This document shows positions 50,501-63,900 of a stretch of 64,000 bases of DNA, piece after piece. The notes below the pieces were generated by a model, which saw only the letters and a program-made list of their open reading frames with translations, was not told the DNA's origin and did not search any database. The stretch lies in NCBI RefSeq assembly GCF_902652985.1, contig NC_047030.1, positions 24,242,001 through 24,306,000 of the forward strand, in the 5' to 3' direction. Numbering within the stretch: position 1 is the stretch's first letter; the number at the start of each line of letters is the position of its first letter. This DNA comes from Pecten maximus (Eukaryota). A program made the translations under genes and the position numbers.

Positions 50501-53500
50501 TCCAAATCTCCATAAAAACGTTTTAGAGTGTTCCTTCCCTTGAACCATTTCCTGTGTTGCCGTATTACTGTAGGCATGGGTTTGAAGATTGTTTCTGTAT
50601 TAAAGTATTACAAATAAGCTTTCTGCAATACATTATTGTATTTCTTTTAATATATTTACGCCGTAGATAACAATAGCGTAGATCTTAGTCTCCATATTTA
50701 CATGGCTGAGTGAACAGTTTAAAAGGAGAAAGGATTTTGTATCGAATTCCTTTAAAAAAGAAAAAAAAATGTCATTATCAAATCTTGTCGTCATCAACAG
50801 AACGCAATTACTTCAAATCATAAATTTAAACGTGATCACCTTACCTTGGTCAGCCTCACACAGGGCGCCATACTTCAAACCACAATCGCGAGTTTTGAAC
50901 AACACGTTGTGTAAGCGTATACAGTAATCGACACCACACTCGTTTGGTTCACTTGGTGCCCAGTTCGTCCATTTAAACAACGGTTCACAGTCGTGCCAAA
51001 AGTAATTTGTTTTCGTCGTACACTCATCGTTATCCCCACGGATATGGAGACCTAACCAGTACTGGCTGTTTGATCTGAAATATACAAATACTTGAGACAT
51101 GCTTAAATTGTAGCTAATATCTTAATAATATGATTGAAATAAATATCGTACATATTTTTTCTTTTTATTTATTTTATGAAAACAAACTCTAACATGAACG
51201 TATAGCTTGTTTTCCAAGCCTACTGATAGATGTACTTGTTTTGTGATGTAATGTGTAAGTGTATTTGAATAAAATATTGATTAAACAAAACTACAAACAT
51301 TCCAGCGAAATGGTAAATACATGCATGTTAACAAATTAGAATTAATTGTAGACGTATATAGGTTTGAGGTGTTCTTATTTTAGCACCTTTTGTTAAATCA
51401 TGACTGCGATAATTGAGGTTTTTGTGTAATGTTTTCTACTGCAGTTACTGCGATTGCGCAAATTCATCGTTGCGCTTATCTGGGAAAAAATTGCGCTAAA
51501 ATTTAAATGCGCCAAATCAATAACATTTACAGTAATTTACATTTGCTTCAATTTCAAATTTGACGTAACATATATAATTCAGTTATATATTTTATTCAAA
51601 ATAATTGTCTATTTTTGCCTTCACCACAACTTGATTTATCATTCCTTTGGACACTATATCCAGACTTATTATGCACAGCAAAGGAAAAGGACGGCTGAAG
51701 AAGCAGTAATATTTAAGCTATATAAGGTATACCATATCCATGGTAATATACTCACAGAGAAGAGTTCCACGGTGCCTGGTCATCAAGGTGGTTCAGCGCA
51801 AAGCGTTCTGTTTCAGAGTCTACCTTTGCGAGATTGCTGCCAATCGATTCACATTTGAGTTTTGCGTCGTTCCAGGTAAAGTTAGCGGCAGTCAGAAGTG
51901 TATAACGTTTCATGATTGAGACAGTCCCTCGGGCATCTGGCGAAATATAAACATCATTTTACCATGAATCTTATCTATGTACATACATACTGTGTATATC
52001 TGTTTAATTTTCGCGGTATTTGATTGTGCGTAACATTTCATACCCGAGATTATAGTGAAATTTAAATGACCCGCGAATATCACTGTTTTGTCGATCAAAA
52101 GATCTGAAGAGCTTGTACAGAAATGTCGTATCGTATATAATACTTATGTAAAATTATAATTATTACACGGAAATTGTACAAAAGACACACCAGATATTAA
52201 CACCTTAACATACAAAGTATTGTAGAAAAAGACAAACAACATATTAGTACCTTACATACAAAGTATTGTAGAAAAAGACAAACAACATATTAGCACCTTA
52301 ACATACAAAGTATTGTAGAAAAAGACAAACAACACATCAGTACCTTAACATACGAAGTATTGTAGAAAAAGACAAACAACACATCAGTACCTTAACATAC
52401 GAAGTATTGTAGAAAAAGACAAACAACACATCAGTACCTTAACATACGAAGTATTGTAGAAAAAGACAAACAACATATTAGTACCTTAACATACAAAGTA
52501 TTGTAGAAAAAGACAAACAACATATTAGCACCTTAACATACAAAGTATTGTAGAAAAAGACAAACAACACATCAGTACCTTAACATACGAAGTATTGTAG
52601 AAAAAGACAAACAACATATTAGCACCTTAACATACAAAGTATTGTAGAAAAAGACAAACAACACATCAGTACCTTAACATACGAAGTATTGTAGAAAAAG
52701 ACAAACAACATATTAGCACCTTAACATACAAAGTATTGTAGAAAAAGACAAACAACACATCAGTACCTTAACATACGAAGTATTGTACAAAAAGACAAAA
52801 AACATATTAGAACCTTAACATACAAAGTATTGGACAAAAAGACAAACAACATATTAGTACCTTACATACAAAGTATTGTAGAAAAAGACAAACAACACAT
52901 TAGAACCTTAACATACAAAGTATTGTAGAAAAAGACAAACAACATATTAGAACCTTAACATACAAAGTATTGTAGAAAAAGACAAACAACATATTAATAC
53001 CTTAACACACAAAGTATTGTAGAAAAAGACACACTAAAACCTCCTTTAAAATGAAAGTTAGATACAGTAATACCGAAACAATGTCCTTCTTCAACTTATA
53101 AAATCCTCGTACATGAAATATTATTTAGCTTAAAATGTATCTTTACCATTATAATAATTTCCAATTTTACATTTGAACGAGTCATATGATGAGTGGGAAT
53201 CAATAACCGTCCACATAATTATATGTGATCAAATATCTCAACAGGTCAGAGGACGTCACATACAGCATGAATATAGGGACAATAGGAGGCTCTGTCAGAA
53301 TCAACAATGTTTTGTGTTTGTCTCTACTCGACTTTAAATGAGTGCAGTAAGAACCTGATACTTCGCTGTCAGTCTAACGTGACCCGACGGGGTATTATGC
53401 TATTGTGTCTTGGCTATGACGATTCAGTAAGGCAGCACTTTAAAATGCCTTGAATGGCCCCATCGTCCACAAACAATCTTCATATTACTTTTTTTAGGAC

Positions 53501-56500
53501 GTAAGAACAAAACTTGTAAAGTTAGTTTGACATTTTGAACATTTTTTTCTCTTCTTTTATGGGTGCTTATCAAATCTACCATATGAACTAAGGAATGTTT
53601 CCATAATGTTCACATGCACCCAGCGCGAGAGAAAACACATTATCCCTCTCAAGCCCAGAAAAAATGGCATAGATATGCTTCAATCGTCAGTTGCCATGTA
53701 ACGAAATGTTGTTTGTGAGACATTTTGTTGCTGGGACCAGTGTTAATATATATTTAAAGAGGATAATTCAGATCAAAATATCAAAACATATCAACATTAT
53801 CAAGTACTTGTGGGCACACACTGCCATATAGTGCTCCCGTTGTGCGAGTAATTACCAGTCAGCAATGATATATTATAAAAAATGAGAGGAACTTCCTGAT
53901 AAAAATGACAATAAAATAATCCGTGTATTGTGTGTAATAACCGATGACGATAAATATTTATAACAATGATTTAGGGTTCAGTACGTCACAAATTAATACC
54001 AGGACCCGGTTCCTACTGAATGACCCCGGTCGATGCGTTGGCTACCGTTGTCGGGAAACACTTTATGACAGCTCGATATTATCACCTAATTAGAAAATTG
54101 GTTTCCGCATATCATCGCTCAATTTTTGTTCCCCGTGAAAATGTCTAGTAATTTATTTTCACCTGATTAACTATAATTTTAACCGCTGTGTTTATTCAAA
54201 ATGCATTCAAAAAATGTCTGAAGCCGTTCGTTCATGTATATCCATCCACTAGGAGATATTTATCAAACATAAAAAAAACTAACGTATGAATGAATAAATA
54301 TACCAATTATATGTACTTTCATTTGTTGATCAATAAACTAATTTTGAACCTGAAAAAATATCAAGTTACTCGCAGTAATGAATGTAAAATACTTATCATT
54401 ATCCATAAATGATACCCCTCCTCGACGTAATGAAAGCTAGCTGGATCCGAATGATCCGCTCAGTAAACTAATGAAGCAACGTGAAAACATTAACGCTGCA
54501 ACAAAATGATAATCATTTTCAGCTTCTTTCAATAAAAACCATTTAAAGGCCCATAAAGCAATTGCGTCATAAATGTTCTACTGTGGTGCATGAAGACACC
54601 CGAGAACAATCCTAGATAATATACAGGTGAAAAATCAGTACGTCAATCAATCGTGTCAAGAGATACATTGTAATATTCTTCCACTAAATTTCAATAATGT
54701 ATCTGCATTAAGCATAGCTTAGTTTTGTTTGAACAGATAGTTAATTCAATTTTTGTTGAGAGCTCATGGCCATAGATATACTTTACTAATGTGATGTGTT
54801 TCGGAATCAATTTTGAATAGATGCCAATTAAAACAGGCAATTGGACTTTACCTTTGGTTTAGTTTGCTTTATTTAACGGCCTATTAACAGCCAGGGTCAT
54901 TTAAGAAGGTGCCAGGTTTTGGAGGTGGAGGAAAGCCGAAATACCATGAGAAAGTACCTGGCAAGTGCCCCATCTGGGTTTCGAACTCGCGACCCAGATG
55001 TGTTTGCAATCATTCATATAAAAGATATATGTCTTGTTATGCAAGATAATTACCAAAGCAATGTAAATATGTTACTTTTTTATCATAATTTTAAATATGA
55101 ATTTCGGATATATGATGGGCCGCGGTGGCCGAGTGGTTAAGGTGGCCCAACACTTTATCACTAGCCCTCCACCTCTTGGTCGCGGGTTCGAAACCCACGT
55201 GGGGCATTTGCCTGCTACTGACCTATTTGTTTTTTCTCCGGGTACGTCGGCTTTTCTCTACCTCCAAAACCAGGCACGTTAAACAAAATAAACCAATAAA
55301 AAGTATATATGCACTAGGTAGAATAAACGCCAATTGAGATCATAATCTACTGTATTATACCGATAAACTGTAAGGTTTAAAGTAATAAAAATAGCTAAGG
55401 ATACATATTCAAAGTGAGACCTAAGAAGGATTACGAGTGAATATGGAGAATGATACTGAGCACAGGATGTGACAAACATAAGAAAGCAGAAGGATTTGTG
55501 TGTTAGACAAGCAGTCTACCCACGTCGACAAGACCAGATAAACAACATACATGTTTTTCATCTTACAAAACTCCACATTCTGTTTTTGTTGGTGTTCCTT
55601 ATCTATTCTGCTCATTTTTATCTTTATCCCCATAAATATGCCGTGTAACAAACTTTGTATATAAGGAAAGGCCGTAAGTAAGTTGTATAACTTTTGTCAA
55701 ATCAATTTACTGTTATCTGCAATAAAATTGATTTAATTTATTGAATTGAATTGAATTGAATTGTTGTTGTAAATCACATCTGCCCAACAATTTTTAATGT
55801 CGTGAACTAAAAAAGAACATTGGTAGGAAAATATATTATCTGGAAATGCTTTCCACTTCATCCACGTTCTTTACCTTTAAGGAAATTGCAAAGGTTAATT
55901 TTTCATAGCAAAGTATTACAGGATTTAAGGAAAGTGCCTTAGCTAACCTTTTTCCCCCGAGCTCCAATAATGCTGTTATATGGAAAATTTTAAGTTAAGG
56001 AATTACGTAAGTTAAGTAACGTTTATGAAGTAGGGACAAGCTTACTTATCGTAAGGAAAGGATATTCAGACTCATTACATCCACCCTTGTTTATATTTTG
56101 TGAAAAAAATGTGAGGGTATAATTCTCGGATAATCTCATGTTGAAATTCAAAATACAAGTATAATCTATAACAGGCAAAATACGCATTTGGTTTAATAGA
56201 AAATAAATATCTTATTAAATATTCCTCAATAGAAGTATTCAATGAAATTAAGGATATGAAATAAACAATCATTCGCTGAACAGTCTAAAGTCATATAATG
56301 TCACAATAGGACACAGCACTAAACACACGTGTGTCTCAATCACAGTTACACAGAAACTAAAAATGCCGTAAATGGTTATCATTGACCAGGTCCTAGTTAA
56401 ACACTGTTATATCATTCGGCAAACTTTTTTTTCTTTAACGATAATCGAAACTTTCAACTTAATATGATACAAATTCGACAAAAACCATCATATTTCATTG

Positions 56501-57651
56501 AAAAAATCATTGTGTAACTTAAAGAATTTCTGCGACGAAATTAATACGTTGAATAGCTCATTTTGACTAGATACATTTTCCCATCATCAAGTTTTATTTC
56601 CCTTTACGGAGATATATGTTAGATGGCAATTGGCGTGGTATTTACTATATTTATATATAGAGTTTAAAACAAGTTGATTAATTAGCAAATTGAGATTTCG
56701 TTAGCACAATCTGTATAAAGATTTTAAATTCGTCACATATGTCCTGTACAATTTTTATGTATGTTATTCTTTACACTTTATATGTTTATGAAAATGAAAT
56801 CTTGTCATTGTCATGCGACGCGAGTTTTGAATTACTATAGCCTATCACAGGGACAGTTGTCAGTCATTATCTATTTCCTCCAGACTGGAGATAAATCAAT
56901 GTGTATGTAGTTTTATCAGAGAGAGAGAAAAATACACAATGTAAATATGTCGCGTTACATGAAATCAAAAATAAACAGTTCTTGTATAAATACGGGATGT
57001 TTTAAACTGTTTTCATATTATATTATTAATAATTATGATAACAATATATTTAAATCGACAACACAAAGTCATTAAACGTGTTTATCTGAAATGTCTCAAT
57101 CACCGAGTACAGTGTAACTTTTCTTGCTATATATCACTTAACTTATTTCAATTATAACGTAGCATTCCTGAATTCCATACCTTTGATTCCCCCAATTATA
57201 GTTTAACGTCTCTTGAAATTGGTGTTATTTTTTGTTTTCCTGACCTGTTTTTCCATATTTTCGTTGTTTTTTTTCCTTAATTGTCATTTGATTTCCTCGA
57301 TATTGTGACTTTCCTGATCCGGTGTAATTTTTGTTTTACGTATTATCCCGATTTTTCAAGTTAGTCGGGTGTGTCGCAATTTCTATCTTTTATATCCATG
57401 AACTTTTGGCAGTCACCTTGTTCATGACGATGTCACTCAGATGTATTGCCAATAAAGACTGTTTTAGTTACCTGTAGCGTGTAATGTGTTTGTCTAACAG
57501 AAATAAAATGTGGCATGTTACGGTGTTTGTCGAACAGAAATAAAAATATGTTTAAATACTTACGTAGAGGTAGAATCGAAAGAATAATCCACGTTATCAG
57601 CAATATCATGGCGGTCGAGATGTAGGATAATGGTGTTGGTACCGTGGACAT
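44550..57651 (-). CDS. Type I membrane receptor B: signal + CTLD + 2 PAN/Apple-like domains + Thr stalk + TM, ~497 aa if a +1 frameshift near 44748 is corrected
   Basis: Exons 57651-57564 (MSTVPTPLSYISTAMILLITWIILSILPL), 51936-51756 (FTWNDAKLKC..LAKVDSETE), 51074-50845 (YWLGL..WTNWAPSEPNEC..YC..TRDC..ALCE), 49599-49297, 48702-48619, 45540-45268, 44885-44550. All GT-AG with consistent phases. The last exon switches frame at EDRPSA/MSMGIMGAVFIAFIIGFVILSD. Confidence 0.85.
45611..45826 (-). mobile_element. tRNA-derived SINE, family 2 (V-domain type)
   Basis: Minus strand reads GCAGTGGTAA..GGTTCGATTGCC (B box)..CGTGGGTTTTCCCCGGGTACTCCGGTTTCCTCCCAC (V-SINE core)..GATATAAGTTGATATAACTTG tail. Confidence 0.8.
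46858..47748. repeat. 51-bp GC-rich minisatellite (~17 copies) in an intron of receptor B
   Basis: Unit GGTGACATACTCCCTAGCCGAGTCAGTAGGAAGCAGCTAGTATCTTACCAG. Confidence 0.95.
49727..49865 (-). mobile_element. SINE family 1, 3' half, diverged
   Basis: Matches the tail and core of 37804-38026 (GAAAGCCGGAGTACCCG..CGGCCTACGGTCAGTACC). Confidence 0.75.
50262..50446 (-). mobile_element. SINE family 2, degenerate copy
   Basis: Shares CAAGTTATATCAACTTATAT..GCGCGCGA..GTCTTACT..CCCACGTGGTCGGGCAGGTGACC with 45611-45826. Confidence 0.7.
52195..53032. repeat. 47-bp minisatellite (~18 copies)
   Basis: Unit CTTAACATACAAAGTATTGTAGAAAAAGACAAACAACATATTAGTAC with two main variants. Confidence 0.95.
54853..54997 (-). 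mobile_element. SINE family 1, internally deleted copy
   Basis: TATTAACAGCCAGGGTCATTTAAG..GGAGGTGGAGGAAAGCCG..TTTCGAACTCGCGACCCAG. Confidence 0.8.
55117..55296 (+). mobile_element. SINE family 1 copy with intact A and B boxes
   Basis: GGGCCGCGGTGGCCGAGTGG..GGTTCGAAACC..TTTTCTCCGGGTAC..AAAC tail. Confidence 0.85.
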
Positions 57652-58167
57652 GGTATCTATAGCCGCTACTGTATATAATCTACCTGATATCACAGGGATA
57701 CCAGCCATATGACAACCATTATTGATAAATGGTTCTGGATTTTTTTTTTTTCAATAATGAGACCGACATAAAAAATCTCCTGATAAATTATTAAACTATC
57801 CGGAAAAGCAGTTTCTAATAAATAACTAGTATGATTATTTGTGCTGCTGGTTTTATCAGCCAACAGTATTGGCCTCACGGCTGATAAATTTCATTGTTCT
57901 ATAGTCATATATCTGTCTGTGGATAGATGATAAGTATTTGTCTGGGGAGTACTTGCTATTAATGATTAATTTTCAGTATTTAGGTGTATTTTACATTGAA
58001 ATTGAGCGTTCGTTCATGCGAGGATGGCTATTGGTTCATTATCTAGGTAGTTACGTGCAGGGTACGAAAAAAATGAAATAAACGAATAAACAAAAAGCAC
58101 CAGGTCTCGATGATTCGCGATTGAAAGGTTTCAAAAGGCAATATAGTCGACACATTTATCAATAAAA

Positions 58168-61010
58168 TGGACCGAGAATTTTCATGTCCATGTATCTGAT
58201 CCGTGACATTCCGATGTCAGTATAATCGACCGAGAATTTTCATGTCCATGTATCTGATCCGTGACATTCCGGTGTCAGTATAATGGACCGAGAAATGTCA
58301 TGTCAATGTATCTGATACGTCACATTCCGGTGTCAGTATAATGGACCGAGAAATGTCATGTCAATGTATCTTATTCGTGACATTCTAGTGTCAGTATAAT
58401 GTCCGAGAAATGTCATGTCAATGTATCTGATCCGTGACATTTTGATGTCAGTATAATGTCCGAGAAATGTCATGTCAATGTATCTGATTCATGACATTTT
58501 GATGTCAGTATAATGGACTGAGAAATGTCATGCCAATGTATCTGATACGTGAGATTCTGGTTTCAGTATAATGGACCGAGAAATGGCATGTCAATGTACC
58601 TGATCCGTCACATTCCGGTGTCAGCATATTGGACCAAAAGATGCCATGTCAATGTATCTGATTCGTGACATTCCGATGTCAGTATATTGGACCAAGAGAT
58701 GTCATGCCAATGTATCTGATTCGTGACATTCCGGTGTCAGTATAATGGACTGAGAAATGTCATGCCAATGTATCTGATTCGTGACATTTTGATGTCAGTA
58801 TAATGGGCCGAGAAATGTCATGCCAATGTATCTTATTCGTGACATTCCGGTGTCAGTATAATGGTCCGAGAAATGTCATGTCAATGTATCTGATTCGTGA
58901 CATTCTAGTGTCAGTATAATGGACCAAGAGACGCCATGTCAATGTATATGATCAGTCACATTCCGGTGTCAGTATAACGGACCGAGAAATGTCATGTCAA
59001 TGTATCTGATTCGTGACATTCCGGTGTCAGTATAATGGACCGAGAAATGTCATGTCAATGTATCTTATTCGTGACATTCCGATGTCAGTATATTGGACCA
59101 AGAGATGCCATGTCAATGTATCTGATTCGTGACATTCCGATGTCAGTATAAAGGACCGAGAAATATCATGTCAATGTATCTGATCCGTGACATTTTGATG
59201 TCAGTATAATGGACCGAGAAATGTCAGGTCAATGTATCTGATTCGTGACATCTCGATGTCAGTATAATGGTCCGAGAAATGTCATGTCAATGTACCTGAT
59301 TCGTGACATCTCGATGTCAGTATAATGGTCCGAGAAATGTCAGGTCAATGTATCTGATTCGTGACATTTTGATGTCAGTATAATCGACCGAGAAATGCCA
59401 TGTCAGTGTATCTTATTCGTGACATTTTGATGTCAGTATAATGGTCCAAGAGATGTCATGCCAATGTATCTTATTCGTGACATTTTGATGTCAGTATAAT
59501 CGACCGAGAAATGCCATGTCAATGTAGTATCTTATTCGTGACATTTTGATGTCAGTATAATCGACCGAGAAATGCCATGTCAATGTAGTATCTTATTCGT
59601 GACATTTTGATGTCAGTATAATGGACCGAGAAATGTCATGTCAATGTATCTGATTCGTGACATCTCGATGTCAGTATAATGGACTGAGAAATGTCAGGTC
59701 AATGTACCTGATTCGTGACATTCCGGTGTCAGTATAATGGTCCGAGAAATGTCATGTCAATGTTTCTGATTCGTGACATCTCGATGTCAGTATAATGGAC
59801 TGAGAAATGTCATGTCAATGTACCTGATTCGTGACATCTCGATGTCAGTATAATGGACCGAGAAATGTCATGTCAATGTACCTGATTCGTGACATCTCGA
59901 TGTCAGTATAATGGTCCGAGAAATGTCATGTCAATGTATCTGATTCGTGACATCTCGATGTCAGTATAATGGTCCGAGAAATGTCACACCAATGTACCTG
60001 ATTCGTGACATCTCGATGTCAGTATAATGGACTGAGAAATGTCAGGTCAATGTACCTGATTCGTGACATCTCGATGTCAGTATAATGGTCCGAGAAATGT
60101 CATGTCAATGTACCTGATTCGTGACATCTCGATGTCGGTATAATGGTCCGAGAAATGTCATGTCAATGTATCTGATTCGTGACATCTCGATGTCAGTATA
60201 ATGGTCCGAGAAATGTCAGGTCAATGTATCTGATTCGTGACATCTCGATGTCAGTATAATGGACCGAGAAATGTCAGGTCAATGTATCTGATTCGTGACA
60301 TTTTGATGTCAGTATAATCGACCGAGAAATGCCATGTCAGTGTATCTTATTCGTGACATTTTGATGTCAGTATAATGGTCCGAGAAATGTCAGGTCAATG
60401 TACCTGATCCGTGACATTCCGGTGTCAGTATAATGGATCGAGAAATGTCATGTCAATGTATCTGATTCGTGACATTTTAGTGTCAGTATAATAGATCGAG
60501 AAATGTCATGTCAATGTATCTGATTCGTGACATTCCGGTGTCAGTATAATGGACCGAGAAATGTCATGCCAATGTAGTATCTGATTCGTGACATTTTGAT
60601 GTCAGTATAATGGTCCGAGAAATGTCATGCCAATGTACCTGATCCGTCACATTCCAATGTCAGTATAATGGATCGAGAAATGTCATGTCAATGTATCTGA
60701 TTCGTCACATTCCGGTGTCAGTGTAACGGACCAAGAAATGTCATGTCAATGTATCTGATTCATGACATTCCGGTGTCAGTATAATGGACCGAGAAATGTC
60801 AGGTCAATGTATCTGATTCGTGACATTTTGATGTTAGTATAATGGACCGAGAAATGTCATGTCAATGTATCTGATTCGTGACATTCTAGTGTCAGTATAA
60901 TGGACTGAGAAATGTCATGTCAATGTATCTGATTCATGACATTCCAGTGTCAGTATAATGGACCGATCGAGAGATGTCATGTCAATGTACCTGATTCATG
61001 ACATTCCGGT
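58168..61010. repeat. 58-bp satellite/minisatellite (~49 copies)
   Basis: Unit GGACCGAGAAATGTCATGTCAATGTATCTGATTCGTGACATTCCGGTGTCAGTATAAT. Confidence 0.95.
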
Positions 61011-61515
61011 GAGATAGCACTATGGAAAGACAATTTAGTTAGCCCATTCAATTGAGTAGGCACCGTCTTAAATAGCCGGTTTGTGATAAAAGTGTGTGAT
61101 ATAAAACATCAAAAGACAAACAAACATCTTTATAGGTTATTTAATTTCAGATTAATTACGATTACGAATTTCGACAACTCTTTCGTAATGATTTTAGGTG
61201 TGTAAATTAGAATGGCCTGTTGATGGAGTATTGGTTCGAATGAAGTCGGGTCATTTTGTATTACTGCGTCGTAACTTGGATTCATATATATATACTTAGT
61301 AATGCTTTCACTGCGATTACGGTGATATGAACGCAATTGAATACATGAACACTATATATATCGGTGTACTGTCACCGATACGTGTATATCTGTATATCTA
61401 TCATCGGTATCATCACACACAAAGCGCATTATGATCTATCGATCATAGGCCACACCAAGACAGTTCAGTGTTTAACTATTTACCTCTGCATAGCAACACC
61501 ACAATATATATCGAA

Positions 61516-61688
61516 CTACGTGCACAAAGAAAGGTGATTCAATAGGACTGCAAATGCCATCCAGTTCATATCTGTTCTGACGTCATAATTGTAGTCCTTT
61601 GAAAGACAGCAGTTCATCGTCAAAACGGTCGTTCCGTCGATATAACCACACTGTCGAGAATGAATACCGTGTTGGAGTTTAAATGTAA
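61516..61688 (-). other. Possible terminal exon of a gene lying to the right of the window
   Basis: Strong acceptor TTTTTTTCTCTCCAG, then an open frame TFKLQHGIHSRQCGYIDGTTVLTMNCCLSKDY...; no family recognised. Confidence 0.25.
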
Positions 61689-62914
61689 CTGGAGAGAAAA
61701 AAAACATAAAAAAGCGATACTATTTGATGTTAATTTAAATGTGTGCATTGAACTATCTTGCTGTAATTACGCGACAGAACATTGCGTGCAAACATAACAT
61801 ATTGCGCAAGCGCGAAATATTAATCGTTGTAGTGTGTAACGATTATTATAATCACTATATGCATAATAAGGCAAATCATTTCTAAATTATTTATTTCGTC
61901 CCAAGAGCTGGTCTTTATGATTTTCAGAGATACACCGATACAGATATTTCAATATCATTTCTCTCACATTTACATGCATGTGTATGTACAATAAATTAAA
62001 CATAGCAGTAAACAAAATAGCGAAAGTGACACTAATAGGAGGCTGTCGGTAATTACATAGCTTTAGACGGTTGATTAATCAAAAGGAGATTATTCTAGAC
62101 ATAAGCACACCATAGCCGTGTTATCTTTAGAAATATCACTGGTCCTGTCCTGTAATGCTTTGTTAATACACGATTAATTAACTTTTATAAGCATTTATCG
62201 ATATAATCAGCCGAACGTATCATAAACACAAACAACGCCATTACATTGATCAATGGACGAAATAATTTAGTTATTAAACCACTAATTATCTACAGGTTAA
62301 TGTCATAATACTCGATCCATTAGTTACTCCGTGTCGTTGTAAGAACCACCCTTACAGAATTAAAGACAACCATGTCCCTTTTGCAATATTTGCTTTGTTT
62401 GTTTGTTTGCGTGTTTATTTGTTTATTATGGATTGAGATTAAAGAATATTTCCGTTGTGTTTTAACTTCACATATGCGGTTACAGATTTCCCGTCATGTC
62501 TGATTTTAAGGAGTTAATCAAGTTATACTAGCTCACACCGTATAACACGTTCATTGCCTACTGCGTTCATAGTTCGGTAAATGTAGTCAAAATGACGTTC
62601 ATCAACCTTTCAAAATAGCAGCCGGAACGCGCTTACTCGTTTTGTTACTTCTATCTATCCTAACACGAGTTGCCGCGTTTATCGTCACCTCATAAACAAT
62701 TGTCACATTAATTAAGATATATCAACTGTTGTCTCATTTTTACATTTTTTTCACGTTTTGTTACGTCTTGCCTACACTTTGTGATGTCATTGTAAGGTTT
62801 TGCAATATTTTGTGGCCAACTTTCTTCCCAGTCCACGTTACTAAGTTTATAACCAAGTAACACGAATCATATGATGGAGAAATTATAGTAGCAGCCGGAG
62901 ATTCATGTTAGAGC

Positions 62915-63900
62915 AGTTACTATAGTAACGCGAAACCCAAGTTAGAGAAATTACTATAGTAACGTGAAATATATATTAGAGAAATTACTTTTGTAACGTG
63001 AAACCTATGTTAGAGAAATTACTTTTGTGACGTGAAACCTATGTTAGAGAAATTACTTTTGTAACGTGAAACCCATGTTAGAGAAATTACTATTGTGACG
63101 TGAACACTGTTTTAGAGAAATTACTATAGTAACGTGAAACCTATGTTAGAGAAATTGCTTTTGTAACGTGAAACCCATTTTAGAGAAATTACTATAGTAA
63201 TGTGAAACCTATGTTAGAGAAATTACTTTTGTAACGTGAAACCTATGTTAGAGAAATTACTATAGTAACGTGAACACTGTTTTAGAGAAATTACTATAGT
63301 AATTAGAAACCTATGTTAGAGAAATTACTTTTGTAACGTGAAACCTATGTTAGAGAAATTACTATTGTGAAGTGAACACTGTTTTAGAGAAATTACTATA
63401 GTAACGTGAAACCTATGTTAGAGAAATTGCTTTTGTAACGTGAAACCCATTTTAGAGAAATTACTATAGTAATGTGAAACCTATGTTAGAGAAACTACTT
63501 TTGTAACGTGAAACCTATGTTAGAGAAATTACTATAGTAACGTGAACCCTGTTTTAGAGAAATTACTATAGTAATGAGAAACCTATGTTAGAGAAATTAC
63601 TTTAATAACGTGAACACTGTTTTAGAGAAATAACTATATTAATGTGAAACCTAGTCAGAAATTACTATTGTAACGTGAACACTGTTTTAGAGAAATTACT
63701 TTAATAAAGTGAAACCTAGTGAAACCTATGTTAGAGAAATTACTATTGTAACGTGAACACTGTTTTAGAGAAATTACTATAGTAATGTGAAACCTATGTT
63801 AGAGAAATTACTTTAATAACGTGAAACCTTTGTTAGAGAAATTACTATAGTAACATGAACACTGTTTTGGAGTATTTCTACCGTAGTAACGTGAATCCTC
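62915..63900. repeat. 34-bp minisatellite (~29 copies)
   Basis: Unit GTTAGAGAAATTACTATAGTAACGTGAAACCTAT. Confidence 0.95.

Noticed and set aside
55117-55200. tRNA gene
   Set aside because: The A/B boxes belong to a SINE head that continues into the SINE core and AAAC tail; other copies occur in the window.
58168-63900. CRISPR-like appearance of regularly spaced, partly palindromic repeats
   Set aside because: Units are contiguous with no unique spacers, there are no cas genes, and the context is eukaryotic.
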